Part shown: positions 1-10,733 of the stretch, piece after piece | Position numbering within the stretch: position 1 is the stretch's first letter | How the letters are laid out: each line of letters starts with the position of its first letter | Origin: Syntrophaceae bacterium | Lineage (GTDB): Bacteria > Desulfobacterota > Syntrophia > Syntrophales > Smithellaceae | DNA length: 51,573 bases | NCBI GenBank assembly: GCA_003142535.1 | Contig: PLMQ01000039.1 | Coordinates: 394 to 51,966, forward strand | Reading direction: 5' to 3' | Translations under genes and position numbers: made by a program | The notes under the pieces: generated by a model | Told to the model about the DNA's origin: nothing | Seen by the model: only the letters and a program-made list of their open reading frames with translations | Database searches by the model: none

Positions 1-318
1 CTCATTCCGCAGCCAATGCTCATCCTCGGCGCCGAGCTGGTTGCCATCAATTTATTCGGGCTGCGACTTCCTGTCAGCGTTATCTACAAGTACTACTTCA
101 AGAATAAGGAAATAGGTAATCGCGGGGGCTTCTCGATATACCGTGGGATCAGTAATATGGTGGGCTATCTATTCGGGATTGCCGGAGGGGTATTCCTGAT
201 CGAACAGTCGAATTGGGGCATGTATCTGGTGGCCGCTTCCTTCGTCATTTTTCTCGTTGCTGTCGTGCTGAATGCCTGGGAGATCATGTTGGGGATCGGA
301 GAAGCGGAAAAGAAATAG
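1..318 (+). CDS. hypothetical membrane protein, 5'-partial
   Basis: Frame is open from position 1 to TAG at 318; about three hydrophobic helices; no family recognised. Confidence 0.6.
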   Translation, partial: LIPQPMLILGAELVAINLFGLRLPVSVIYKYYFKNKEIGNRGGFSIYRGISNMVGYLFGIAGGVFLIEQSNWGMYLVAASFVIFLVAVVLNAWEIMLGIGEAEKK

Positions 319-468
319 GCGTACGTTCAGCAAGTACTGCACCTTTTGAATAGTAATTCACAACATTAAGACTTTTTAAAGTCGTTTGTTTGTAGGTGAA
401 CTCGTTAAAACTGAACGAGACTTGGTTTGTCAGTGTTTGTACAGAACAGAACGCGAGGCCTTCCTCGG

Positions 469-1557
469 CTACATTTTCCTTTCCCATGTTCCATTTTGCC
501 CCAACACTTTTTCGAAGCCGTCTTTTTGCCACAGCCAATTCCGGGCAGAGACATTATTTTGTAAAGTCGCATCCCAGAAAGCCGTTGTCACCTGGCAAAT
601 GAGCTCATGAAATATCGGGTCTTTCTTGCCTTTGTCTTTATTCACCCGGACACCGGCAAAAACCATGTGGTCTCCGCCTTGCAACGTAAGAAGATATTGT
701 TCTGCGCTATTGATATTATCATACGGCAGGCGGCGTTCCTCCGGTTTTACATCGCTGACCAGACTTTGATCCAGGGTGCCGGTCATATGCAAACAGGGAA
801 TTTTAATGCTGCCGAATGATTTTTTTAAGTCAGCATTGCGCGGCACGGGTGCCGACATGGCAATTGCCGCTTTGATTCTTTTATCGGCCAGAGAAAATTC
901 ATTGCCTGCCTTGGTAACGAACACTTGTCCGATTACAGCCATAACTGTAAACCCGCCAAAGGAATGACCGGCAACACCGATACGGGTTAAATCCAGCTTC
1001 CCTTTCAGCGGCGCGGCTTCGCGATTTAAAATCTCCAGTTGATCAATGGCAAAGCTGACATCCAAAGGGCGATGGACAGCATTTTCCACACCTGCCGCCG
1101 CTTCCTTCAGAGATTGCATTATCTGTGAACTTTGCCTCCAGACTGCATCATCGCTGCCTAAGTGCTGCAAGTGAACGGAAACATAGCCGCGACTTGCCCA
1201 ATGACGGCCTAAATATTCGTAACCATCGCGCGAACCGCCCAGACCATGCGAAAAGATAATCACTGGCAAAACCTTACCTTCTGTTACGGGATAATAAATT
1301 TTTACCGGCACAAAGCGGCTTCTTTTTGCATCCAGCCATTCATATTTGATGGTTTCGACCTGGTATAATTTTTCCAACTGGGCGGGATTATAACTTGTTT
1401 GGGCGGCCGCAGAAAAGGGCAGAAAAACCAAAAGCACCAATATGGCAATGGCAATTAAACAGGGAAGCTGAAATCGGCAATCCACAAAATTCCTGGATTG
1501 CGGTTTTCCCCGTATCCCCCGGGCAAGCAGCCGGAATAACGACATTTTAACAGGCAT
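469..1557 (-). CDS. secreted alpha/beta-hydrolase (dienelactone hydrolase / PAF-acetylhydrolase-like)
   Basis: SHGLGG and GHSFG nucleophile elbow, GGDH His motif, signal-like segment ending SAAAQ; AGGAG 8 nt upstream of ATG 1557. Confidence 0.85.
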   Translation of the reverse strand: MPVKMSLFRLLARGIRGKPQSRNFVDCRFQLPCLIAIAILVLLVFLPFSAAAQTSYNPAQLEKLYQVETIKYEWLDAKRSRFVPVKIYYPVTEGKVLPVIIFSHGLGGSRDGYEYLGRHWASRGYVSVHLQHLGSDDAVWRQSSQIMQSLKEAAAGVENAVHRPLDVSFAIDQLEILNREAAPLKGKLDLTRIGVAGHSFGGFTVMAVIGQVFVTKAGNEFSLADKRIKAAIAMSAPVPRNADLKKSFGSIKIPCLHMTGTLDQSLVSDVKPEERRLPYDNINSAEQYLLTLQGGDHMVFAGVRVNKDKGKKDPIFHELICQVTTAFWDATLQNNVSARNWLWQKDGFEKVLGQNGTWERKM

Positions 1558-1693
1558 GGCCAAGGCTCCTTTTTCGAGCTTGCCATTTAAGCCACGGAAT
1601 GATATTTTTTGCCATCATTTTTCGCTGCACATAATCATTAGTGCTCTTATTCTTTTTTGTTGCCATAAATAATTTATTGACAAGGAGCAAAAC

Positions 1694-2500
1694 ATGAACC
1701 AGCTGATGAAAAATAAAAAAGGCCTGATTCTCGGCGTGGCCAATGAAAACAGCATTTCCTGGGGCGTCGCCAAAGTGCTGGCGGAACATGGCGCCGAACT
1801 GGCCTTTACCTATCAAAATGAAAAAACGGGCAAATATGTCATTCCACTGTTTCAATCCTTGGGTAGTAAATTTTATGAAATACTGGATATTACCGACGAT
1901 GAAAATATCAAGGCGGTTTTTACCAAACTGAAGAATCATTTTAATGGTGAACTGGATTTTATTGTCCATGGTATTGCAGGCGGCCCTGGCAAAGGCGAGC
2001 TGGCCGACGGCTATATTGAAACTTCACGGGAAGGCTTTATCAATTCCATGCTGATCAGTGTTTATTCCTTTACCGCTGTTTTAAGGGAGGCGGCGGCACT
2101 GATGAAAGGGCGAAACGCTGCGGCAATAACCATGTCTTATTACGGTTCGGACAAGGTTATCCCTCACTATAATGTGATGGGAGTGGCGAAAGCCGCGTTG
2201 GAATCCAGCGTGCGCTATCTGGCCGCAGATCTCGGCACGAAGGGAATCCGCGTGAATGCAATTTCACCGGGAACAATCAGAACCAGAGCCTCCAGCGGCA
2301 TTGGCGATTTTGAAACACTGGCGCGTTTCGCCGAAGCTAATTCTCCTATGCAACGTGGCGTAACACAGGAAGAAGTCGGCCGCACCGCTTTATTCCTGCT
2401 GAGCGATCTCTCCAGCGGTATTACCGGGGAAACCCTCTTTGTTGATGCCGGATACAATATCATGGGTTATGCGATGAACTGCGTGATTAACGAGAAATAG
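1694..2500 (+). CDS. fabI: enoyl-ACP reductase (NADH)
   Basis: GVANENSI NAD-binding start, YNVMGVAK (YxxxxxxK), VNAISPG and VDAGY motifs; AAGGAG RBS. Confidence 0.93.
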   Translation: MNQLMKNKKGLILGVANENSISWGVAKVLAEHGAELAFTYQNEKTGKYVIPLFQSLGSKFYEILDITDDENIKAVFTKLKNHFNGELDFIVHGIAGGPGKGELADGYIETSREGFINSMLISVYSFTAVLREAAALMKGRNAAAITMSYYGSDKVIPHYNVMGVAKAALESSVRYLAADLGTKGIRVNAISPGTIRTRASSGIGDFETLARFAEANSPMQRGVTQEEVGRTALFLLSDLSSGITGETLFVDAGYNIMGYAMNCVINEK

Positions 2501-2507
2501 GAACATA

Positions 2508-2629
2508 GGGCTGTTGAAAAACGCTCATCTACGGCGTTGCGCTGCAAACCTAACCGCTCAACGTATATCTATATACGCCTCGCGATTCGGTTTTTGCGCG
2601 CCTTGTATCTGAGCATTTTTGACCAGCCC
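2508..2629 (-). repeat. palindromic intergenic repeat, family A copy 1
   Basis: Imperfect terminal IR (gggctgttgaaaaacgctca ... tgagcatttttgaccagccc); reverse complement shares caaggcgcgcaaa, gaggcgta and tgcagcgcaacg with 10577-10720. Confidence 0.85.
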
Positions 2630-2729
2630 AAAAAATAGACGGCTTTTCAGAAACAGCTAGGATTGCTGATGAGCATGACGAAAGGAATTGCTGATCATTA
2701 TTTGCCGAGGCAAAAAACAGACCGTCTGC

Positions 2730-4474
<1,745 letters not shown>

Positions 4475-4492
4475 TTATACCTCAAAATATAA

Positions 4493-4529
4493 ATTGCTTC
4501 TTTGCCCTTCGGGCTGCATCGCAATAACA
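4493..4529. repeat. degenerate CGTC-type REP half
   Basis: attgcttc-tttgcccttcgggctgca-tcgcaataac resembles the gattgcttc...tcgcaatgac REP pattern and the recX insert arm. Confidence 0.45.
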
Positions 4530-4611
4530 GAATAACAGTGTCGCTTTGCTTACTCTTGAGACTACTATATCAAATCCACGAATAATTCAACCGTCAAATG
4601 GTTTTTCCCTG

Positions 4612-4640
4612 TTGCAAAAATAAAATTCATCAGGTAGAAA
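4612..4640 (+). promoter_or_regulatory. putative sigma70 promoter of glmM
   Basis: TTGCAA-17bp-TAGAAA upstream of the GAGGAG RBS. Confidence 0.45.
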
Positions 4641-4666
4641 ATCACTAGATATTGAGGAGGAGAGCG

Positions 4667-6016
4667 ATGGAAAAACTATTCGGTACCGATGGCATTCGCG
4701 GAACAGCAAATGTTCATCCAATGACAGTGGAAATGACGATGAAAGTAGGCAGAGCGCTGGCATGCATCTCCAAAAGGGAAGGGCATACCCCCCGGATAAT
4801 TATCGGCAAGGATACACGTCTTTCCTGTGATATGTTTGAAAGTGCCATCGTCTCCGGCATTTGCTCGATGGGTGTCAATGCCATATCCGTCGGCGTCATC
4901 CCCACGCCCGGCATTGCTTTTCTCGCCAACAGCATGCGCGCCGATGCGGGTGTCGTTATTTCCGCATCCCATAATCCGATGCAGGATAACGGCATAAAAA
5001 TATTCAACGGCGAAGGCTTCAAACTTGCCGATGAAAAGGAAAATATAATCGAAGAACTGATCTTCTTCAATAATATGCACAAGCTTCATCCTTCTCCCAA
5101 AGAACTGGGCAAGCTTTCCCGGATGGATGATGCCGCTGCCCGTTATATTGCGTTTTTAAAAAATTCTTTTCCCAAGGAAATTAATCCCGAAGGCATGAAG
5201 GTCGTTCTTGATTGCGCCAATGGCGCCACCTATCGCGTTGCTCCGGCAACATTTTTAGAACTGGGCTTGGAGGTCACGACTCTTTTTGATCAACCTGATG
5301 GTAAGAATATCAATGCCGATTGCGGCTCCCAGCATCCCGCAGCGCTGGCCAAAGAAGTACTTCGGCAAAAAGCGGATGTCGGTTTTGCTTTTGATGGCGA
5401 TGGCGATAGAATGATAGCTGTTGATGAAAAAGGCAATGTGCTGACCGGCGATCAGGTTTTGGCTATTTGCTCAGCCGTCTTGAAGAAAGAAGGAAATCTG
5501 ACCAATAATCTGGTTGTGCGGACGGTCATGAGTAATCTGGGTTTGACTTTCGCCTTTAAGAAATTAGGCATTGACTCTGTTTTTGCGAACGTCGGCGACC
5601 GCTTTGTGCTGGAAGAAATGCGCGCCTGTGGAGCTATTATCGGCGGTGAAGATTCCGGCCATGTAATTTTTCTGCAACATCATACAACCGGCGACGGTTT
5701 GATTACCGCCTTGCAGTTACTGGCCGCCATGAAGAAAGAAGGCAAACCGCTCTCTGAGCTTGCCAAGGTCATGACTGTTTTCCCGCAGATGCTCATTAAT
5801 CTGGATGTCAAAAGAAAACCGGACATTGAAACCATCCCCGAAATCACCACCATCATCAAACAGGTGGAAAAGAAACTCGGCGATAAGGGCCGGGTTCTGG
5901 TGCGCTACTCCGGCACACAAAACATGTGCCGCGTCATGGTTGAAGGCCCCACTAAAGAAGAAACTCAATCCTACTGCCACCAGATCGCCGATGTTGTGGA
6001 AAAGGCTTTAACTTAA
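4667..6016 (+). CDS. glmM: phosphoglucosamine mutase
   Basis: LFGTDGIRG, SASHNP, FDGDGDR and GGEDSGH motifs; ATG 4667 after GAGGAG. Confidence 0.93.
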   Translation: MEKLFGTDGIRGTANVHPMTVEMTMKVGRALACISKREGHTPRIIIGKDTRLSCDMFESAIVSGICSMGVNAISVGVIPTPGIAFLANSMRADAGVVISASHNPMQDNGIKIFNGEGFKLADEKENIIEELIFFNNMHKLHPSPKELGKLSRMDDAAARYIAFLKNSFPKEINPEGMKVVLDCANGATYRVAPATFLELGLEVTTLFDQPDGKNINADCGSQHPAALAKEVLRQKADVGFAFDGDGDRMIAVDEKGNVLTGDQVLAICSAVLKKEGNLTNNLVVRTVMSNLGLTFAFKKLGIDSVFANVGDRFVLEEMRACGAIIGGEDSGHVIFLQHHTTGDGLITALQLLAAMKKEGKPLSELAKVMTVFPQMLINLDVKRKPDIETIPEITTIIKQVEKKLGDKGRVLVRYSGTQNMCRVMVEGPTKEETQSYCHQIADVVEKALT

Positions 6017-6064
6017 ATTACTCATATAGATTACCACTCTACCGGTTTGGTACTAATTATTTCA

Positions 6065-6093
6065 TTGACATGTCAGCCTGTTCTTCCTATACT
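6065..6093 (+). promoter_or_regulatory. sigma70 promoter with palindrome over the -35 box (beta-oxidation cluster)
   Basis: TTGACA(6065-70)-17bp-TATACT(6088-93); perfect palindrome TGACATGTCA at 6066-6075. Confidence 0.7.
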
Positions 6094-6272
6094 TTCACCG
6101 TTCAAAAGAAGTTCTTCTCCAGAATAATTGTGGGCAGGGAAGCAGCATAAAACCAGTAGCCCATTTTTTCTTTTCTCTCCAAAGTATGTTTCGTCCCCGA
6201 TGCGGTCAAACCGGGAAACCAGGTTTGCACAAAACAGGATTGAATACCTGAAAGTATAGGAGGAAGAAGCCG

Positions 6273-7415
6273 ATGAACATTATTCCCTACACAGCGGAGC
6301 ATAATATCTTCCGGGACAGCCTCCGGAAATTTCTCGACAAAGAAATCGTTCCCCATATTGAAGAGTGGGAGGAAGCAGGCATTGTTCCCAGAAGTGCCTG
6401 GAAAAAGATGGGGGAGCAGGGATTTTTATGTACGGATGTTCCCGAGGAATACGGCGGCGCCGGCGGCGATTTTCTTTATTCCGTCATCGTCTGTGAAGAA
6501 CTTGTCAAAAGCAACTTTTCGGGACTTACCGCATCACTGCACAGCGACATTTGTGTCCCTTATATTTCAGCGTTTGCCTCAGAGGAACAAAAGCGCAAAT
6601 ATCTGCCCGGCTGTGTTTCCGGCGACATCATTACTGCGGTTGCCATGACGGAGCCGAACGCCGGCAGCGATCTGGCGGCAATCAAAACAACTGCCGCAGA
6701 AGATGGCGATTATATTGTCCTCAATGGCCAGAAGACTTTCACCAGTAATGGCATCAACTGTGATCTTGTCATCGTCGCCGCGCGTGACCCTACTGTAAAG
6801 CAGGAGCATCAGGCTGTTGACCTCTACCTTGTCGAGGCCGGCACTCCCGGCTTTGAAAAAGGAAAACAGATTAAAAAAATCGGCTGGCACAGCCAGGATA
6901 CGGCAGAACTTTATTTTACCGACTGTCGGATTCCGAAGGAAAACCGTCTGGGCGATAAGGGAAGCGGTTTTCTCAAGCTCATGATGAAACTCCAGCAAGA
7001 ACGCCTTGTCTGCGCCATCGGCGCGGTGATAGCCGCGGAATTCATGCTGGATTTTACCATCAAGTATTGTAAAGAGAGAAGCGCTTTCGGGCGCCCGATC
7101 TCCAAGTTTCAGCATGTGCAATTCGAAATAGTCGAGATGGCTACGGAAGCCAAATTGGGGCGTACTTTCATTGACAAACTCATCATGGATCATATCGAAG
7201 GTAAAAATATTATTGTTGAGGTCGCCATGGCGAAATACTGGACAACGGACATGGCCTTTCGTGTCGCCGACCGGTGCCTCCAGTTGCATGGCGGATACGG
7301 ATATTGTGAGGAGTACCCCATCGCCCGTGCCTGGCGGGACATCCGCGTAACGCGGATTTTCGCCGGAACAAATGAAATAATGAAGACAATTGCGGCAAGG
7401 TTTATGGGGTTATAG
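6273..7415 (+). CDS. acyl-CoA dehydrogenase (long-chain type)
   Basis: AMTEPNAGSD, NGQKTF, QLHGGYGY and RIFAGTNEI motifs. Confidence 0.95.
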   Translation: MNIIPYTAEHNIFRDSLRKFLDKEIVPHIEEWEEAGIVPRSAWKKMGEQGFLCTDVPEEYGGAGGDFLYSVIVCEELVKSNFSGLTASLHSDICVPYISAFASEEQKRKYLPGCVSGDIITAVAMTEPNAGSDLAAIKTTAAEDGDYIVLNGQKTFTSNGINCDLVIVAARDPTVKQEHQAVDLYLVEAGTPGFEKGKQIKKIGWHSQDTAELYFTDCRIPKENRLGDKGSGFLKLMMKLQQERLVCAIGAVIAAEFMLDFTIKYCKERSAFGRPISKFQHVQFEIVEMATEAKLGRTFIDKLIMDHIEGKNIIVEVAMAKYWTTDMAFRVADRCLQLHGGYGYCEEYPIARAWRDIRVTRIFAGTNEIMKTIAARFMGL

Positions 7416-7429
7416 GCAAAGGGCTAATT

Positions 7430-7552
7430 AATAGTCGTATATTAGAAACGACATTTATTTTATAAAATCCCTCCTAACCTCCCTTTATAAAAGGGAGGAA
7501 CCCCCCTCTTTTGTAAAGAGGGGTGGGGGGAGATTTCTTAGTCACGTCTATT
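7430..7552. repeat. MITE-like element enclosing a double-hairpin REP-like unit
   Basis: Imperfect ends aatagtcgtatattagaaa / tttcttagtcacgtctatt; inner hairpins cctccctttataaaagggagg and cccctcttttgtaaagagggg, closed by aaatc/gattt. Confidence 0.7.
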
Positions 7553-7602
7553 CTATTTTGAGATTGTTAATAAAGCTATTTAGTGCAGGGAGGGTTGAAG
7601 CC

Positions 7603-9240
7603 ATGATGAATTATCCTTTGTTGCTGACCAACTTTATGCAGCATGCGGCCACATATTTTCCGACCAAAGAAATTGTCTCCGTCTACGCAACCGGCACTTT
7701 CCGTTATACTTATGCCGATTGGTACAAACGGGTAAGCCAACTCGCGGGAGCTTTGCGCTCTCTGGGCATCAAAAAAGGTGATCGGGTTGCCTCTTTTTCT
7801 CTGAACAATCATCGCCATATGGAACTTTATTTTGGCGTTCCGTGCATGGGCGCTGTTCTGCACACGCTCAATATCCGGCTCTCCGCCGAAAATCTGGTTT
7901 ACATCATTAATCACGCCGCAGACCGTATTCTTTTCATTGATGAAGATGTTTACTTCCTGATTGAACCGTTTAAAGATCAGCTCAAAACAATCGAGAAATA
8001 TGTCATCATGTCCCAATCCGGGGTGATGCCGCAGACCACGCTTTCTCCAGTTGTCCTGTATGACGATCTGATTAAAGATTTCCCGGAGAGTTATGATTTC
8101 CCGGTGGACCGCGATGAAAACGATTCCTGCCTGATCTGCTACACCTCGGCAACAACGGGTGATCCCAAAGGTGTCGTCTACAGCCATCGCGGCCTTGTGC
8201 TCCACTCTTTTGCCACAGGCATCGCCCTGGGCATTCAGGAAAAAGATTGTGCCCTGCATATCGTTCCCATGTTTCATGCCAACGCCTGGGGAGTTCCCTT
8301 TGCCTGCACTATGTGCGGAATGAAACAGGTGCTGCCCGGAAGGCAGATTCTGGATATGGCAGCGCTGTGCAAGATTATCGCCGAAGAGAAAGTTACTTTC
8401 TCCTGCGGTGTGCCGACCATCTGGATAATGCTTCATAGTTACCTGGAAGGAGGCGGCGCGCACGACTTCTCTTTCGTCAACCAGTTCTTTTCCGGCGGAT
8501 CGGCCATGCCCCGCCATCTAATCGAATCGTTCGAAAAGAAATACGGTTTAATTATGTCTCAGGGCTATGGCGCCACGGAAACATCGCCTGTTGTCACCCT
8601 GTCCGTTCCCAAAAGCTATATGGAAACACTGAGTGTTGATGAAAAGATTGATGTCCGGGCTACGGCGGGAATGCCCATACCGGGGCTCGATGTCCAGCTC
8701 ATTAACATGGAAACAGGCAAAGAGGTGCGCATGGATGGCAAGGAGATGGGAGAAATTCTGGTGCGCGGGCCGTGGATTGCCTCAGAATACTATAAAGACC
8801 CTAAGCAAAGCGCCGTTACCTTTAAAGACGGTTGGTTTCATACCGGCGATATCGGCACAATCAACAAGGAAGGTTATATCTCACTCGTTGACCGGACAAA
8901 AGACCTCATCAAGAGCGCCGGAGAGTGGATTTCCTCCATTGATCTGGAAAACGCCATTATGGGATTCCCCAAGGTGCTGGAGGCGGCGGTAATCAGCCTG
9001 CCTGATGATAAATGGCAGGAACGGCCTCTGGCCTGTGTTGTGCCCCAGCCTGATGCGGTAAAGACAATTACCAAAGAGGAGATACAAGATTATCTCAAAG
9101 ATAAGGTTGCCAAATGGTGGATTCCTGAAGAAATCGTCTTTATGCAGGAGCTTCCCAAGACCAGCGTGGGCAAATTCAATAAGAAAAAACTCCGGGAAAC
9201 GGTTATACCGGATATTCTGAAGAAGAGAGGTAAGGCATGA
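7603..9240 (+). CDS. medium/long-chain fatty-acid--CoA ligase (AlkK-like)
   Basis: YTSATTGDPKG AMP-binding loop, PMFHANAWG, GYGATET, FHTGD, PKTSVGK. Confidence 0.92.
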   Translation: MMNYPLLLTNFMQHAATYFPTKEIVSVYATGTFRYTYADWYKRVSQLAGALRSLGIKKGDRVASFSLNNHRHMELYFGVPCMGAVLHTLNIRLSAENLVYIINHAADRILFIDEDVYFLIEPFKDQLKTIEKYVIMSQSGVMPQTTLSPVVLYDDLIKDFPESYDFPVDRDENDSCLICYTSATTGDPKGVVYSHRGLVLHSFATGIALGIQEKDCALHIVPMFHANAWGVPFACTMCGMKQVLPGRQILDMAALCKIIAEEKVTFSCGVPTIWIMLHSYLEGGGAHDFSFVNQFFSGGSAMPRHLIESFEKKYGLIMSQGYGATETSPVVTLSVPKSYMETLSVDEKIDVRATAGMPIPGLDVQLINMETGKEVRMDGKEMGEILVRGPWIASEYYKDPKQSAVTFKDGWFHTGDIGTINKEGYISLVDRTKDLIKSAGEWISSIDLENAIMGFPKVLEAAVISLPDDKWQERPLACVVPQPDAVKTITKEEIQDYLKDKVAKWWIPEEIVFMQELPKTSVGKFNKKKLRETVIPDILKKRGKA

Positions 9241-10544
9241 ACGCTAATAATCAAGATAGGGTAGCCGTTATCGATGCCTGCCGGACGCCGTTCATGCGCT
9301 CCGGCACAGCGTACTATGATTTGATGGCCTGGGAGCTGGGTCGCTGCGCAGTGAAAGGGCTAATTGCCAGAACGGGAATTGAGCCGTCAATCATTGATTA
9401 CGTAATTATGGGAACGGTTTTGGCGGATGTTTCCACGACCAATGTGGCGCGGGAGATAATGCTGGGCGCGGCGCTTCCCGGCTCGATACCTGCCCATACC
9501 TGCACTGCAGCCTGCGTTTCGGCCAATATCGCCGTTACCTCCGCCTGTGATATGATTAATGCGGGCGAGGTTGATACGGTTATTGCCGGCGGTACGGAAT
9601 CCATGTCTGATCCCGCCATTAAAGTCGGCAAGCGCTACCGGCGCTTTCTTCTCGATTTTACCATGTATAAGCGCCCGAAAAGTATTCTGGGAAAACTCCA
9701 ACTGCTCAAAGGCATGAAGCTTAAAGATTTTTTTGCTATTGAAAGACCGGCCATTGCCGAATATTCCACACGCCTTTCCATGGGTGCTAATGCCGAAAGG
9801 CTGGCGCGCCGTCTTGGCATTACCCGTAAAGAACAGGATGACTACGCCGCCCGATCACATCGGCTGGCCGTTGAGGCTATAAAAAATGGAATCATGAAAA
9901 AGGAAATAGTTCCGGTTGTTGTTCCTAAATCAGGCAAGGTGATAATAAATGATAATGGGCCGCGCGCGGATGCCACAGCCGAAAAGCTGGCATCGATGAA
10001 ACCGGCTTTTGACCGGCATTACGGAACCGTCACGGCGGCGAACGCCTCATTTCTTACCGACGGGGCATCGGCCGTGCTGCTCATGAAGGAATCCAAAGCC
10101 AAAGCGCTGGGGTTAAAACCTTTAGCGTATATCCGTTCTTATGCGCAGGCGGGGTCTGATCCCTGGGAAGAATTGCTGCTCGGGCCCGCTTTTGCCACCG
10201 CACGCGCTTTAAACAAAGCCGGCATCACACTTCCCGATATAAAAGTTCTGGAAATTCACGAAGCATTTGCCGCCCAGATTCTGGCTAACATCCGCTATAT
10301 GGAATCGGAAAAATGGGGGCGGGAAAAGCTGGGGCAAGATGGTAAAATGGGTGTCTTTGATCTGGAACGCTTAAACACGCGGGGTGGTTCTCTGTCTATC
10401 GGCCATCCTTTCGGAGCTACGGGCGGCAGGTTGATTGCCAGTTGCTGTAACCGTATGCAGGAAGAGAATGCGCAGTTCGGCCTTGTTACCGGCTGCGGCG
10501 CGGGTGCTGTGGGTAACGCCATTATTCTGGAAAATGCACAATAA
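9237..10544 (+). CDS. fadI: acetyl-CoA C-acyltransferase (thiolase, FadI / trifunctional-enzyme beta type)
   Basis: AC-V-S catalytic Cys, HEAFAAQ, GHPFGATG, CGAG; overlaps ligase stop (ATGA); adjacent to fadJ-like gene. Confidence 0.85.
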   Translation: MNANNQDRVAVIDACRTPFMRSGTAYYDLMAWELGRCAVKGLIARTGIEPSIIDYVIMGTVLADVSTTNVAREIMLGAALPGSIPAHTCTAACVSANIAVTSACDMINAGEVDTVIAGGTESMSDPAIKVGKRYRRFLLDFTMYKRPKSILGKLQLLKGMKLKDFFAIERPAIAEYSTRLSMGANAERLARRLGITRKEQDDYAARSHRLAVEAIKNGIMKKEIVPVVVPKSGKVIINDNGPRADATAEKLASMKPAFDRHYGTVTAANASFLTDGASAVLLMKESKAKALGLKPLAYIRSYAQAGSDPWEELLLGPAFATARALNKAGITLPDIKVLEIHEAFAAQILANIRYMESEKWGREKLGQDGKMGVFDLERLNTRGGSLSIGHPFGATGGRLIASCCNRMQEENAQFGLVTGCGAGAVGNAIILENAQ

Positions 10545-10576
10545 GGGTGTAATGAACTTGAAGAAAACAATTTTTC

Positions 10577-10720
10577 GACGACCCTATAAAATGTTCCAGA
10601 GGCAAGGCGCGCAAATACTGAGAAATGAGGCGTACTTTTACGTACGCCTCAATGACGAAGGATGCAGCGCAACGTCACCTAAAGGTGATAAACAGAATAT
10701 GGACATTTTATGAGGTCGTC
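10577..10720 (+). repeat. palindromic intergenic repeat, family A copy 2
   Basis: Terminal IR gacgaccctataaaatgttcca / tggacattttatgaggtcgtc; central hairpin tgaggcgtac...gtacgcctca; homologous to 2508-2629. Confidence 0.85.
10675..10692 (+). mobile_element. 18-nt hairpin micro-element
   Basis: TCACCTAAAGGTGATAAA is an exact 18-nt insertion relative to family A copy 1. Confidence 0.75.
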
Positions 10721-10733
10721 AGGGGAGATCGAG

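Noticed and set aside
6200-6245. c-di-GMP-I (GEMM) riboswitch
   Set aside because: The GAAA hairpin closes as a simple stem; the GGxACGCAAA junction and second stem/receptor are not recognisable
7576-8517. Long antisense ORFs (also 6579-7289, 11865-12440, 48524-49075, 37633-38172 and other short overlapping ORFs)
   Set aside because: Shadows of well-supported genes on the other strand, with no motifs or RBS
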